From: Methylotenera sp.
GTDB lineage: Bacteria; Pseudomonadota; Gammaproteobacteria; Burkholderiales; Methylophilaceae
Assembly (NCBI GenBank): GCA_009693255.1
Contig: SHXQ01000008.1
Span: 556 to 64,555, forward strand
Reading direction: 5' to 3'
DNA: 64,000 bases
The notes beneath the pieces are model-generated. The model ran no database searches. It was not told the DNA's origin and worked only from the letters and a program-made list of their open reading frames with translations. Positions 22,952 through 35,836 of the stretch are shown here, in pieces. Position 1 is the stretch's first letter. Each line of letters opens with the position of its first letter. The translations under genes and the position numbers were made by a program.

Positions 22952-24052
22952 ATGAATATACAAATCAATCGTGAAACATTATTAAAGCCATTAACATCAG
23001 TGACTAGTATTGTAGAAAAAAGGCACACATTACCTATACTTTCTAACCTATTATTAGAAGTAAAACAAAATAAAATTTATCTTACTGCAACTGATTTAGA
23101 GATGCAGATATCATTATCTGTAGACAGTGCTACCGCGGGCGATTTGTCTACCACGATATCAGCTAAGAAATTATTAGATATATGTAGATCCCTACCAGAC
23201 AATTCTGAAATTAACTTAACCACAAATGATAGTCGAGTAACCTTAAGGGCTGGTAAAAGCCGTTTTAATTTACAAACCTTACCCGCAGCAGATTACCCCA
23301 TAATGACCAAAACATCAGGATTAAGTACAGGGATAGTGATGGGCCAACGCCAATTAAAAGATCTATTGAAGCAAGTAGAGTTTGCGATGGCACAACAAGA
23401 CATTCGTTATTATTTAAATGGTTTATTATTTGAAATATCAGGAAATCAATTAAATATCGTAGGTACAGATGGCCATAGATTAAGCTTTACTTCAACAGAA
23501 TTAAAACAAAACTATGAAAAACAGAATGTCATTTTGCCGCGTAAAACAGTAGTAGAGTTAATAAAATTATTGGATGACAGCGAAGAAGATGTGCAAATAG
23601 AATTAACCAACAACCAAGCCAATTTTACTTTTAATAACTTAAAATTAATTTCCAAAGTGATAGATGGGAAATTCCCAGATTACAACCGGGTGATCCCAAT
23701 GGGCCATCAAAATTCATTTACCACCGATAGGGTGGGGGTGTTGTTGGCAATGCAACGCGCATCTATTTTATCGAATGAGAAGTATCGTGGAATCCGCATG
23801 GTTTTAAGTAGCAATAACTTGAAATTAATTAGTACTAACGGTGATCAAGAAGAGGCAGAAGAAGAGTTGGAAATAAATTATACGGGCGACACGTTAGATA
23901 TTGGGTTTAATGTGACTTACTTAATTGATGTTTTAAATAACACAAACAGCGAACAAGCAACATTTTCATTCGCCGACGCTAGTAGCAGCTGCTTAATCAC
24001 CTTACCCAATAATATAAATTATAAATACGTAGTGATGCCAATGCGCATATAA
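22952..24052 (+). CDS. dnaN: DNA polymerase III beta clamp
   Basis: LPILSNLL, GTDGHRL, C-terminal VVMPMRI. Confidence 0.99.
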   Translation: MNIQINRETLLKPLTSVTSIVEKRHTLPILSNLLLEVKQNKIYLTATDLEMQISLSVDSATAGDLSTTISAKKLLDICRSLPDNSEINLTTNDSRVTLRAGKSRFNLQTLPAADYPIMTKTSGLSTGIVMGQRQLKDLLKQVEFAMAQQDIRYYLNGLLFEISGNQLNIVGTDGHRLSFTSTELKQNYEKQNVILPRKTVVELIKLLDDSEEDVQIELTNNQANFTFNNLKLISKVIDGKFPDYNRVIPMGHQNSFTTDRVGVLLAMQRASILSNEKYRGIRMVLSSNNLKLISTNGDQEEAEEELEINYTGDTLDIGFNVTYLIDVLNNTNSEQATFSFADASSSCLITLPNNINYKYVVMPMRI

Positions 24053-24057
24053 ACTAA

Positions 24058-24093
24058 AATCTAACAATGTTCCACGTGGAACATTGTTAGATT
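24058..24093. promoter_or_regulatory. parS: parS site inside a 36-bp perfect palindrome
   Basis: TGTTCCACGTGGAACA at 24068-24083, extended to AATCTAACAA...TTGTTAGATT. Confidence 0.92.
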
Positions 24094-24118
24094 AGTAAAC
24101 CGCCAAAATAACACTTAA

Positions 24119-26608
<2,490 letters not shown>

Positions 26609-26612
26609 TCTT

Positions 26613-26636
26613 AAAAAAGCCCTAACGGGCTTTTTT
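26613..26636 (+). terminator. Rho-independent terminator after gyrB
   Basis: AAAAAAGCCC-TAAC-GGGCTTTTTT. Confidence 0.85.
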
Positions 26637-26864
26637 ATTGGGCATAGAAATATCATCGGTAATGTTACCAAGGCAGCATGGTAAATTGCACCTTCGCCAT
26701 AAAATAGTCTTAAAACGTACACGAAGGCACTATGCGTTGAATTATGTTGTTGGTTGTAGGCTTAGGACCGTAAAACAAGAACAGGGCTTTAAGCCCCATT
26801 ACTTTTTGCTGCAAAGGATAAGGGCTGGTGATTACCATTGCACGGAAGACTTAGATGCTGCGGG

Positions 26865-26899
26865 CATAAAAAAGGACGCATATAGCGTCCTTTTTTATG
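26865..26899 (-). terminator. Rho-independent terminator after pqqA
   Basis: CATAAAAAAGGACGC-ATATA-GCGTCCTTTTTTATG. Confidence 0.9.
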
Positions 26900-26910
26900 A
26901 ATACGTAACC

Positions 26911-26982
26911 TTATTTATTCATTACGTACATTGTCACTTCAAAACCAAAACGCATTTCAGTAGCTGCTGGTGTTGTCCACAT
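26911..26982 (-). CDS. pqqA: Pyrroloquinoline quinone precursor peptide PqqA
   Basis: MWTTPAATEMRFGFEVTMYVMNK* with the ExxxY core; AGGAG SD at 26990-26994; own terminator. Confidence 0.97.
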   Translation of the reverse strand: MWTTPAATEMRFGFEVTMYVMNK

Positions 26983-27135
26983 GATAAATCTCCTGTAAGT
27001 TGATTAATTAAGTCGTACACAATCTATGTAATGAATAATACAGAACGGTTGCAAAAGTGAGCTATGTAAACTGATTAAATAAAGCTAGTGATTTTCATTA
27101 GATGGTATAGGACATTATGAAAATAATCGACGGGC

Positions 27136-27894
27136 TTAGTAGCTTAAAAACACGCGATAGCCGGCTACAGTAATATCTTGAGCAGTAATTGCAAGCTTAA
27201 CTTTTACCTCTTCGCCCGCGGCTAAGCCTTTTACAATCGCAGCATGGTCTGCAAGATATTCATTAGGTTTGAAGGTGCGTCTTAATTTAGGTGTGTCTTC
27301 GATATCGGTAAGGGTGAGCTCAATATTAGGATAGGCTTGGCTAAACGGGGCTTGGTTGATTAGGGTGCTAGATAAATGAATTAAGCCCTGATAATTTTCA
27401 TCTTCTTGTATAGCAGAATCATCAATCACAATAAGATCAATCTGCTTAGGTAGATTTATGTTGCAACTAAATTTCACGCAGGCATTAACCAGGTAAGTTT
27501 TTGCGCTTGGGTAATAAATGGCAATTTCAGAGCGAAAGAAATAAACACTTTGTACAATTGAGGTGAACACTAACATTAGTGCTAACAAACCCATAAACCA
27601 AGTCGTACGGGTACTGCTAGGTTTAGATCTGTTAACTAGGTCATTAAAGTAACTAAATTGCCGGCCTTTAGTGAAGGTATCACTGCCAATATAATCAGTG
27701 CCCGCAGTCGCGGCTAAATCATCGATGGCATCAAGATTAACCTCAATCTGTGCGTTTGATCCAACAAGCTCATTTCTGGCATTAAAGACCTGTAAACAAT
27801 ACCCGCAACGCACTTGACCAGCATGTTGATTAAACTGTTCTTCAGTGACTATAAATTGTGTTTGGCAGGAAGGGCAGCTGGTAACAGCACTCAT
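27136..27894 (-). CDS. Zinc-ribbon and DUF3426-type membrane protein
   Basis: CPSC...VRCGYC zinc ribbon, one TM helix, C-terminal periplasmic domain; usual neighbour of prmA. Confidence 0.85.
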   Translation of the reverse strand: MSAVTSCPSCQTQFIVTEEQFNQHAGQVRCGYCLQVFNARNELVGSNAQIEVNLDAIDDLAATAGTDYIGSDTFTKGRQFSYFNDLVNRSKPSSTRTTWFMGLLALMLVFTSIVQSVYFFRSEIAIYYPSAKTYLVNACVKFSCNINLPKQIDLIVIDDSAIQEDENYQGLIHLSSTLINQAPFSQAYPNIELTLTDIEDTPKLRRTFKPNEYLADHAAIVKGLAAGEEVKVKLAITAQDITVAGYRVFLSY

Positions 27895-28778
27895 TTTTTA
27901 GTGCCAGCAAGCAATACCCAGGCATCCATATATTGAGGGGTTTGCATGTCAAACCATTCAGCATAAATAGCTGAAACGTCTGCTGCTTGTTCTTTTAAAA
28001 TGCCAGATAAAGCTATTTTTCCGCCGGCTTTGCATGATTTAGCTAGCGCAGGCGCTAATACACTAAGTGCGCTAGAAAGGATGTTGGCGACAACAATATC
28101 AAATTCATGCGTTTGATATTTACTGACATGATAAAACTCAGCAATGACGTTATTTTGTTCGGCGTTGTATATGCTAGATTGAATGGCTTGTGCGTCAATA
28201 TCAGTACCTACCACACTTGCTGCGCCAAGTTTTTTTGCAGCAATGGCTAAAATTCCAGAGCCGCAACCGTAATCCAATACCGTGTCATGCGCGGATACAG
28301 TTTGCGTGAGCCATGCTAAGCATAGGTGTGTGGTGGGGTGGCTACCTGTGCCAAAAGCTAGGCCGGGGTCTAAGACAATATTAATGGCGTCGACATTAGG
28401 CGCGCTGTGCCATGTCGGTACTATCCATAAGTGATCAGTAATTTTAATGGGGTCAAATTGCGACTGGGTAGCGCGCACCCAGTCTTGTTCTTGAATAATT
28501 TCGGTAGAGTATTGCAGATGACTAAGTTTGGTTCGCTGCTGTAAATCAGCCATAATTTTAGCGACATTAACCCCCTCATCAAACAGCGCACTTACTAAAT
28601 TTTGCTGCCAAATACCAGGGGGAGGGTCGCCGGGCTCACCAAAAATAGGCTGCTCATCAAGCGTGTCGGCGTTAGCATCTTCAATAATGGCTGATAGCGC
28701 ACCTTGCATCATCAGGGTATCGCTAATTAAATCAGCGGTATTATCTTGTGCTTCAATTTTTAACGATACCCAAGCCAT
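27891..28778 (-). CDS. prmA: Ribosomal protein L11 methyltransferase
   Basis: DPGLAFGTGSHPTT, LDYGCGSGIL. Confidence 0.98.
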   Translation of the reverse strand: MAWVSLKIEAQDNTADLISDTLMMQGALSAIIEDANADTLDEQPIFGEPGDPPPGIWQQNLVSALFDEGVNVAKIMADLQQRTKLSHLQYSTEIIQEQDWVRATQSQFDPIKITDHLWIVPTWHSAPNVDAINIVLDPGLAFGTGSHPTTHLCLAWLTQTVSAHDTVLDYGCGSGILAIAAKKLGAASVVGTDIDAQAIQSSIYNAEQNNVIAEFYHVSKYQTHEFDIVVANILSSALSVLAPALAKSCKAGGKIALSGILKEQAADVSAIYAEWFDMQTPQYMDAWVLLAGTKK

Positions 28779-28789
28779 ACTTAACCAAT

Positions 28790-30145
28790 TTATTTATTAT
28801 AGATGCCAAGTTTTTGCTCAAGGTAATGAATGCTAGTCCCACCTGCTTGGAATGCAGCATCTGCCATTAAATCAGCATGCAGGGCAACATTCGTGTTAAT
28901 ACCAGAAATCATCATCTCAGACAACGCAATGCGCATGCGAGCGATGGCTTGCTGGCGCGTATCGCCATAGGTAATGAGCTTGCCTATCATTGAGTCATAG
29001 TGCTGTGGCACCGTGTACCCAGCGTAGGCGTGGGTGTCGATTCTAACACCAGGGCCACCCGGCATATGGAAAGTATTAATTTTCCCTGGGGAGGGTACAA
29101 AGCTATAGGGATCTTCCGCATTGATGCGACATTCAATCGCATGACCTTTAAGGACAATATCTTTTTGGCGGAATTTAAGTTTTTCACCAGCCGCGACAAA
29201 AATTTGCTGCTGTACTAAATCTAAGCCCGTAATCATTTCTGTGACGGTATGCTCAACTTGTAGGCGTGTATTCATTTCAATGAAATAAAATTCATTGTTT
29301 TCATATAGAAATTCAAAAGTGCCCGCGCCACGATAGTTAATTTTACGGCAAGCTTCAGCGCAGCGTTCACCAATTTTATCGCGTAATTTGGTATTCAATA
29401 GAGGCGCTGGCGCTTCTTCAATAATTTTTTGGTGGCGGCGTTGCATTGAGCAATCACGCTCTCCTAAAAACACGGCATTACCATGCTGATCAGCTAACAC
29501 TTGAATTTCAATATGGCGTGGTTTTTCTAGGTATTTTTCCATGTAAACCACAGGGTTACCAAAGGCGGCTAGTGCTTCAGCTTTAGTCATATTGACCGAG
29601 GCGATTAATGCCGCTTCTGTATGAACCACACGCATACCACGTCCACCACCACCACCAGCGGCTTTAATAATGACCGGATAACCCACTTGTTTAGCGGTTT
29701 TGATAATTTCAATGGGATCATCTGAAAGTGCGCCCTCTGAGCCTGGCACACAAGGTACACCGGCCTTTCTCATGGCGTTTTTGGCGGAGACTTTGTCACC
29801 CATTAAGCGAATGGTTTCAGCGCGCGGGCCAATAAATACAAAGCCGCTTTGTTCTACACGTTCCGCAAAATCGGCATTTTCAGATAAAAAGCCATAGCCT
29901 GGATGTATGGCTTGCGCGTCTGTCACTTCCGCTGCGCTAATAACGGCAGGAATATTTAAGTAACTCTGACCTGAAGGCGCTGGACCAATACACACGGATT
30001 CATCGGCTAATTTTACATATTTAGCTTCACGATCAGCCTCGGAATGTACTGCAACTGTTTTAATACCAAGTTCGCGACAGGCGCGCTGTACGCGTAAGGC
30101 AATTTCGCCACGATTCGCGATTAAGATTTTGTCAAACATAGCCAT
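28790..30145 (-). CDS. accC: Acetyl-CoA carboxylase biotin carboxylase
   Basis: [28 protein letters not shown]. Confidence 0.98.
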   Translation of the reverse strand: MAMFDKILIANRGEIALRVQRACRELGIKTVAVHSEADREAKYVKLADESVCIGPAPSGQSYLNIPAVISAAEVTDAQAIHPGYGFLSENADFAERVEQSGFVFIGPRAETIRLMGDKVSAKNAMRKAGVPCVPGSEGALSDDPIEIIKTAKQVGYPVIIKAAGGGGGRGMRVVHTEAALIASVNMTKAEALAAFGNPVVYMEKYLEKPRHIEIQVLADQHGNAVFLGERDCSMQRRHQKIIEEAPAPLLNTKLRDKIGERCAEACRKINYRGAGTFEFLYENNEFYFIEMNTRLQVEHTVTEMITGLDLVQQQIFVAAGEKLKFRQKDIVLKGHAIECRINAEDPYSFVPSPGKINTFHMPGGPGVRIDTHAYAGYTVPQHYDSMIGKLITYGDTRQQAIARMRIALSEMMISGINTNVALHADLMADAAFQAGGTSIHYLEQKLGIYNK

Positions 30146-30163
30146 GTGATTAAAGCCCCGCGA

Positions 30164-30628
30164 TTAAGCAATAATAAAAAGAGGTTCGCCGTATTCAACG
30201 GCAAGGCCATTATCAATTAAGATTTTCTTAACGACACCTGCTTTATCGGATTCGATCTCATTTAATAATTTCATCGCCTCAATAATGCACAGTGTGTCGC
30301 CTACTGCAACGGTATCCCCGACTTCGACAAAGGCTTTTGAATCTGGCGAAGCGGAACGATAAAACGTACCTACCATCGGCGAATTAACCGCATGACCATC
30401 TTCAACGATTGGCGTGTCGGCAACAGCCGCTACCGGCGCTTGAGGCGAATGTGCGTGCGCGCCGGCATAGTGCGCAGGTGCATAATTAGCGTAATGCTGC
30501 TGCGCTGGTGCGCTGGATGTGAAGTTACGACTAATGCGTACTTTCTCACCGTCCTCTGTCAACTCAAGTTCAGCAATGCCTGACTCTTCAACGAGATCAA
30601 TTAATTTTTTAAGTTTGCGTAAGTCCAT
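30164..30628 (-). CDS. accB: Biotin carboxyl carrier protein
   Basis: EAMK biotinylation motif, SPMVGTFY. Confidence 0.98.
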   Translation of the reverse strand: MDLRKLKKLIDLVEESGIAELELTEDGEKVRISRNFTSSAPAQQHYANYAPAHYAGAHAHSPQAPVAAVADTPIVEDGHAVNSPMVGTFYRSASPDSKAFVEVGDTVAVGDTLCIIEAMKLLNEIESDKAGVVKKILIDNGLAVEYGEPLFIIA

Positions 30629-30677
30629 AATAACCTCTAAAAATCTAGGAAAGATTTAGTTAAATAAGTGTTAATAA

Positions 30678-31127
30678 TTAAGAGTGATTAATATGCTGAA
30701 TGGCATAATCAAGCGCCAGCGTATAACCCTGTGCGCCCAGACCGCTAATGACACCAACAGCAATATCAGTAAAATAGGAATGATGACGAAAGGCTTCGCG
30801 CGCATAAACGTTAGATAAATGCACTTCAATAAAAGGCACTTTAACGGCGGATAATGCATCGCGCATGGCGACAGAGGTGTGTGTAAAAGCAGCGGGATTG
30901 ATAATCACAAAGCCAACTTTGCTTGTCGCCATAGACTGGATTTTTGTAACCAGCTCAGCCTCAGCGTTGCTTTGAAAAGTTTCTAATGCAACACCTGCAA
31001 GCGTTGCAACATCTACAAGTGACTGATTGATAGAAGCAAGGGTAGCGTTGCCATAGTGTTCAGGTTCACGTAACCCTAGTAAATTAAGGTTAGGGCCATG
31101 CAGCACTAAAATAGATTTAGCGGACAT
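30678..31127 (-). CDS. aroQ: Type II 3-dehydroquinate dehydratase
   Basis: [28 protein letters not shown]. Confidence 0.98.
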   Translation of the reverse strand: MSAKSILVLHGPNLNLLGLREPEHYGNATLASINQSLVDVATLAGVALETFQSNAEAELVTKIQSMATSKVGFVIINPAAFTHTSVAMRDALSAVKVPFIEVHLSNVYAREAFRHHSYFTDIAVGVISGLGAQGYTLALDYAIQHINHS

Positions 31128-31305
31128 AAGCTAACGCTATTTTTACTGGTTTATGGTGTAATTTTCTGTAATTCATAATTGCAAGTTTGCCGAAGTTAGC
31201 CGGTTTTGTCCAGCTAAATTAGTATAATTAAGCGAAATTACACAGCATTAGTGATTCAAGTGATTGATATTGTTAGCATAAAGCCGACCGGCAAAATGTA
31301 GGCGG

Positions 31306-31860
31306 TTAACGGGCTAATAAAGGCCGTAAAGCGGACTCTAAAAGTGATTTATTGATGCGACCAAAGTAGGTTTCTACCACTAAGCCGTCCGCGTTGATGA
31401 TGGCGGTATAGGGAAGCACCCCTTTGTCATTCCCCAAATTACTGCCTATGACCATGCCTTCATTTTCAGCGACAAATAAAGGGTAGCTCACAGGCGTATT
31501 CTGCGAAAACGCTTTGACCAAGTTTAATTCGTCAATGGCCAAGCCAAGGACGACGACATTTTTGTTTGTATAGTCTGTGTGTAATTGTGAGAGCTCGGGC
31601 ATTTCTTCACGGCATGGAGGACACCAAGTGGCCCAGAAATTAAGTACGATAATTTTGCCTTTGTATTGGCTTAAGTCTTGGAGTACGCCATTTTCATTGC
31701 TCAATTTACTGGTAAATAGCGTTTGAGTAGATAGGGCGCTGTAGTCAGCATTTAAGTTTTTAAGTGGCGAATTGGGGTTTAATGCGAAATAGTAAAGCGC
31801 AAAGCCAAGGCCGAGCATCATGGCTAGGGCGCCAATATGCGACAATAATTTTTTTAACAT
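31306..31860 (-). CDS. TlpA-family thiol:disulfide oxidoreductase
   Basis: N-terminal TM anchor, NFWATWCPPCREE. Confidence 0.92.
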   Translation of the reverse strand: MLKKLLSHIGALAMMLGLGFALYYFALNPNSPLKNLNADYSALSTQTLFTSKLSNENGVLQDLSQYKGKIIVLNFWATWCPPCREEMPELSQLHTDYTNKNVVVLGLAIDELNLVKAFSQNTPVSYPLFVAENEGMVIGSNLGNDKGVLPYTAIINADGLVVETYFGRINKSLLESALRPLLAR

Positions 31861-33737
31861 GGTATGGTTGAAGCTTCATTGGATTGAGGCCTAGTCATGC
31901 AACTATCTCGCCTTGAGAGTGTGGCACTAAAGCGATCTGCATTTTGAAAGCCTACAGTTTTTAATGTGGCCATTTCTTGGCCATGACCATTGAAAAAAGC
32001 GATGCCAGGTGGACCGTATAAGCCGAAGCGTTTGAGTAGCGCTTTATCTTCCTCGGTGTTGGCGGTCACATCCACCTGCAATAAGGTGGTATTTTTTAGT
32101 AAGCGTTGTACTTTTTGATTGCTAAACGTAAGCGCCTCCAGCTCTTTACAGGCGACACACCAATCCGCATAAAAATCTAGCATGACCGGCCGGCCGTTAG
32201 TTTCAGCTAATTTTTTTTCCAACATTGCTATGCTGGTAATGCGGGTAAAGGCAAGTGGTGACGTTATTGGTTGATTTTTTGAGCTGGCGATAAATGCATT
32301 TAAAGGTTGCAACGCAGATTTTGCCCCAGAAAGTGCGCCTACCAATAATGCCACACCAACAATCAAAAGAATCACGGCTACACCCTTACCAACCTTTGAG
32401 AAGTTAGAGGCCGGTGCAGGTAAGTTATCTAGAGCATTGTGATAAACCGCCGTCATAATCAACAAAGCAGACCATAGCGCTAGTTGAAGGCTGATTGCAA
32501 TGATGGGTGAAATTAGCCAAATGGCCATACCTATCATGAGTACGCCAAAAAAGTTGCGTACCGCGTTCATCCAGTCACCCGTTTTAGGTAACACGCTACC
32601 CGCCGAGGCGCCTATGAGTAGCAAAGGCAAGCCCATGCCCATGGCAAGTGCAAATAACCCTACGCCACCAAGCAACACATTGTGTGTTTGGCCGATATAA
32701 ATGAGGGCGCCAGCTAGGGGAGCCGCCACACAAGGGCTTACGATTAATGCCGATATGGCACCCATGATAAACACACCGAGAAAGTGACCGCCTTTTAATT
32801 GATTGCTACTGTTTAGCATTTTATCTTCAAAGCTTTGCGGTAGTTTTAATTCATAAAAACCAAACATAGAAAAAGCTAATAAGACAAAAATGAGGGAGAT
32901 TGCACCTAGTACCCAAGCATTTTGTAGCGATTGACTGAGCAGATGTCCAGACAAGCCAGCGGCGACGCCAGCTAAAGTGTAGGTCAAAGCCATGCCAAAC
33001 ACATAAGCGACCGATAAGCCAAACGCATGTAGTTTAGAGGGCTTAACGGCTTGGCTTTGGCTACCAACAATAATGCTCGATAAAATTGGTATCATCGGCA
33101 ACACGCAAGGCGTAAGGGAAAGTAGTAGGCCTGCCACAAAAAACCCAGCGATGATCAACCACAAGTTGCCCGATTTTAAAATCTGCGTGGTGTTGTCATC
33201 CGCGGCTATCGCTGGCGTGGCGAGGTTGGTGGGATTTATATTGGCTGAGGCCATGTCGACAGCTATGGTTTTTTTTATGGGCGCATAACATAAGCCTTTT
33301 TCACTACAACCTTGGTAGCTTGCATTGACCGTTACGCTATTTCTGTTAGGCGCACTAAGCTTAATATTGACTTTAAAGTCGTGGCGATACACGGCTTGTT
33401 GACCAAAGTTAGCATCGTTTTTTATTTCACCGAGAGGCAAGGAGATTGCCAATATTTTAATTTCCGCAGGAGATTTAAGCTCAAATTTAACGCGATCCCG
33501 ATATAAATAGTGCCCAGGCACAATGGTAAAATTAGCCTGAATATTTTGCGCATCAATAACTTTTAAATTGAGCTGAAATGCAACTTCAGGGGGTAGCACA
33601 GCCGCGGTGTCATCCATTAACAAATTTGCAATTGAGCTTGTGCTAGCATTAGCCGCATGTGCGCTTATTAAACAGGCACTGTGCAAAAAGACCATAGCAA
33701 GCAATGCTATGAAGCGGTTTAGAAATAAATTTTTCAC
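31854..33737 (-). CDS. dsbD: Thiol:disulfide interchange protein DsbD
   Basis: YQGC..GLCY, TPCVLPM, SPCVAAP, DFYADWCVAC. Confidence 0.97.
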   Translation of the reverse strand: MKNLFLNRFIALLAMVFLHSACLISAHAANASTSSIANLLMDDTAAVLPPEVAFQLNLKVIDAQNIQANFTIVPGHYLYRDRVKFELKSPAEIKILAISLPLGEIKNDANFGQQAVYRHDFKVNIKLSAPNRNSVTVNASYQGCSEKGLCYAPIKKTIAVDMASANINPTNLATPAIAADDNTTQILKSGNLWLIIAGFFVAGLLLSLTPCVLPMIPILSSIIVGSQSQAVKPSKLHAFGLSVAYVFGMALTYTLAGVAAGLSGHLLSQSLQNAWVLGAISLIFVLLAFSMFGFYELKLPQSFEDKMLNSSNQLKGGHFLGVFIMGAISALIVSPCVAAPLAGALIYIGQTHNVLLGGVGLFALAMGMGLPLLLIGASAGSVLPKTGDWMNAVRNFFGVLMIGMAIWLISPIIAISLQLALWSALLIMTAVYHNALDNLPAPASNFSKVGKGVAVILLIVGVALLVGALSGAKSALQPLNAFIASSKNQPITSPLAFTRITSIAMLEKKLAETNGRPVMLDFYADWCVACKELEALTFSNQKVQRLLKNTTLLQVDVTANTEEDKALLKRFGLYGPPGIAFFNGHGQEMATLKTVGFQNADRFSATLSRRDSCMTRPQSNEASTIPC

Positions 33738-33894
33738 GTACTAGTGTTCCATGATAAATAATTTAAGCAAATGTAATAGGCGTATCTTGTAATTATAGAA
33801 TATCGTCACAACAAAGGACTAAGAAACTGCGGTTAACATAAAGTTGGATAGGCAAGGTCTATCATACGTTCAATAATTGAAGGCTTATACATTA

Positions 33895-34290
33895 ATGCGA
33901 ATAATATTTTTACTGACTTTACTCACCTTTCCTGTGGCAGAGATTTGGATTTTAATTAACTTAGCCCATCAATACGGTTGGTGGGTATTATTATACTTAG
34001 TCGTGATGGCTTTGCTTGGCTTACAGCTCATTCGAGATGAAAAGTTATTATTCTCTGGTCGTATGATGCAAAATTTAAACCAAGGCGGCAACCCAATAAA
34101 AGCAATATTTGGTAGTGCGCGCAATATTATTGCCGGCATATTGCTTATAATACCAGGGCTTATAACGGACTTAATCGCGGTGTTTTTATTATTAATCCCA
34201 GTCAACAAGGGCGCACAAGAAGCATCTGGGCATACGCAAAAACCAGCAAATGATGATGTCATTGAGGGCGAGTTTCATCGCGAAGAATAA
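33895..34290 (+). CDS. fxsA: FxsA family membrane protein
   Basis: FPVAEI, GILLIIPGLITD, DVIEGEF; ATG at 33895 preferred over TTG at 33877. Confidence 0.9.
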   Translation: MRIIFLLTLLTFPVAEIWILINLAHQYGWWVLLYLVVMALLGLQLIRDEKLLFSGRMMQNLNQGGNPIKAIFGSARNIIAGILLIIPGLITDLIAVFLLLIPVNKGAQEASGHTQKPANDDVIEGEFHREE

Positions 34291-34356
34291 AGGGCATCGC
34301 TAGAAGCTTACATTTTTAGAGAACGCTTTGCACATTAAATCACCTGAGAATGAAGC

Positions 34357-35397
34357 ATGAGCTACCAAATCACCATAAAATCCAGTGGACATCATTACAC
34401 CGCCAAGGCCTCGGAAACCTTGCTGGAATCGGCCATAGCCGCAGGCGTTAACCTGCCTTATGGCTGCCGTAATGGGAGTTGCGGTAGTTGCAAAGGTGAT
34501 ATTGTCAGTGGCGAGGTGGATTATGGTGATTATGCGGTTAGTGCGCTGACAGAGGCAGAAAAGACCACAGGTAAGGCTTTGTTTTGTTGCGCTCACCCAC
34601 TTTCTGACTTAACCATAGAATGCCGAGAAATTAATGCAGACGTTATTCCGCCACGTATTTTGCCGGCGCGGGTAGAGCGCAAAGAACAGCTTTCACATGA
34701 TGTCATGGCCTTGTTCTTGAAATTGCCAAGCACAGAACATTTAAAATTTATGGCGGGTCAGTATATTGAGTTTTTGTTGAAGGACGGTAAGCGCCGCGCC
34801 TTTTCTCTCGCCAATGCGCCGCATGTAGATAATTTTCTTGAGCTACATCTACGCTTGATACCAGGCGGCCAATTTACCGAATACGTCTTTAATGAAATGC
34901 CTGACAAAGCAGTTTTGCGCATAGAAGCGCCATTCGGCAGTTTTTTTCTGCGTGAAGATACAAACAAACCCATCATTATGGTAGCCGGTGGCACCGGTTT
35001 TGCCCCCATCAAAGGGATTGTTGAGCACATGTTACACAACAATATTCAGCGTGATGTGATTTTGTACTGGGGCGCACATGCACTGAAAGATTTATATATG
35101 CCAGCGTTGCCCGAGGCGTGGGCAGCAGAGCATCCACATATTAAATTCATTCCGGTATTGTCCGATGCGACGACACCAGACCATTGGCAGGGCCGCACAG
35201 GCTATGTGCATCAAGCCGTGTTGGATGATTTTGCGAATACTGGTTTAGCCGACTATGAAGTGTATTGCTGTGGGGCACCAGCCATGGTGGAAGTTGCGCA
35301 TGCGAGCTTTGTGCAAGCGGGTTTAGCCGAGGATGCTTTTTTCTCAGACGCATTTAACTATGCGAAACCAACGCCTACAAGCACAACTGCAATTTAA
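34357..35397 (+). CDS. 2Fe-2S ferredoxin / FAD-NAD(P)H oxidoreductase (CDP-6-deoxy-delta-3,4-glucoseen reductase family)
   Basis: CRNGSCGSC, RAFSLAN, AGGTGFAP, CGAPAMV. Confidence 0.92.
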   Translation: MSYQITIKSSGHHYTAKASETLLESAIAAGVNLPYGCRNGSCGSCKGDIVSGEVDYGDYAVSALTEAEKTTGKALFCCAHPLSDLTIECREINADVIPPRILPARVERKEQLSHDVMALFLKLPSTEHLKFMAGQYIEFLLKDGKRRAFSLANAPHVDNFLELHLRLIPGGQFTEYVFNEMPDKAVLRIEAPFGSFFLREDTNKPIIMVAGGTGFAPIKGIVEHMLHNNIQRDVILYWGAHALKDLYMPALPEAWAAEHPHIKFIPVLSDATTPDHWQGRTGYVHQAVLDDFANTGLADYEVYCCGAPAMVEVAHASFVQAGLAEDAFFSDAFNYAKPTPTSTTAI

Positions 35398-35436
35398 GTG
35401 TCCTTGAGCGGCTCGCTGAGTTTTTAGCTTAATCCA

Positions 35437-35811
35437 TTAATTTTTCATGGATAGCATTTGTATTAAATCATGCGCATGTTTAACGGCGACCTCAGCACTT
35501 TCAAAATCGCCTTCTGCTAGTGATTGCAATCCTTCAAGTAGGGCGGCATTACTGGATTTTAGGCGCTGCGCCTTTTGCTTACTGCGTTTGTTTGCGGGTA
35601 AGCGACGTAAAAAAAGTATAAATCTCAGGCAATAATGGATGCATAAAAAACCTAAAACCATCAAAATTAATAAAAAATTGAATGAAAATTGTAGTCGGTA
35701 AGGCGGGCGGATGATGAGCACATAGCCTTCGTTGTTGCTGGCAAACCAGACCACACTGACCAGCACTAAGAGCATTAATAACCACCAAAATAGTTTGCGT
35801 TTTATCATCAT
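35437..35811 (-). CDS. hemY: HemY N-terminal domain only (short or truncated)
   Basis: GYVLI..PPYRLQFS, GLQSLAEGDF; follows hemX but is only 124 aa. Confidence 0.7.
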   Translation of the reverse strand: MMIKRKLFWWLLMLLVLVSVVWFASNNEGYVLIIRPPYRLQFSFNFLLILMVLGFLCIHYCLRFILFLRRLPANKRSKQKAQRLKSSNAALLEGLQSLAEGDFESAEVAVKHAHDLIQMLSMKN

Positions 35812-35836
35812 TTAATCAGTACTATTGGGAGTAGGG

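Noticed and set aside
26638-27003. 121-aa + strand ORF
   Set aside because: Crosses a terminator and is antisense to pqqA; no recognisable features.
33734-33805. Possible cutA remnant (NYLSWNTST* overlapping the dsbD GTG)
   Set aside because: Too short and too weak a match to support.
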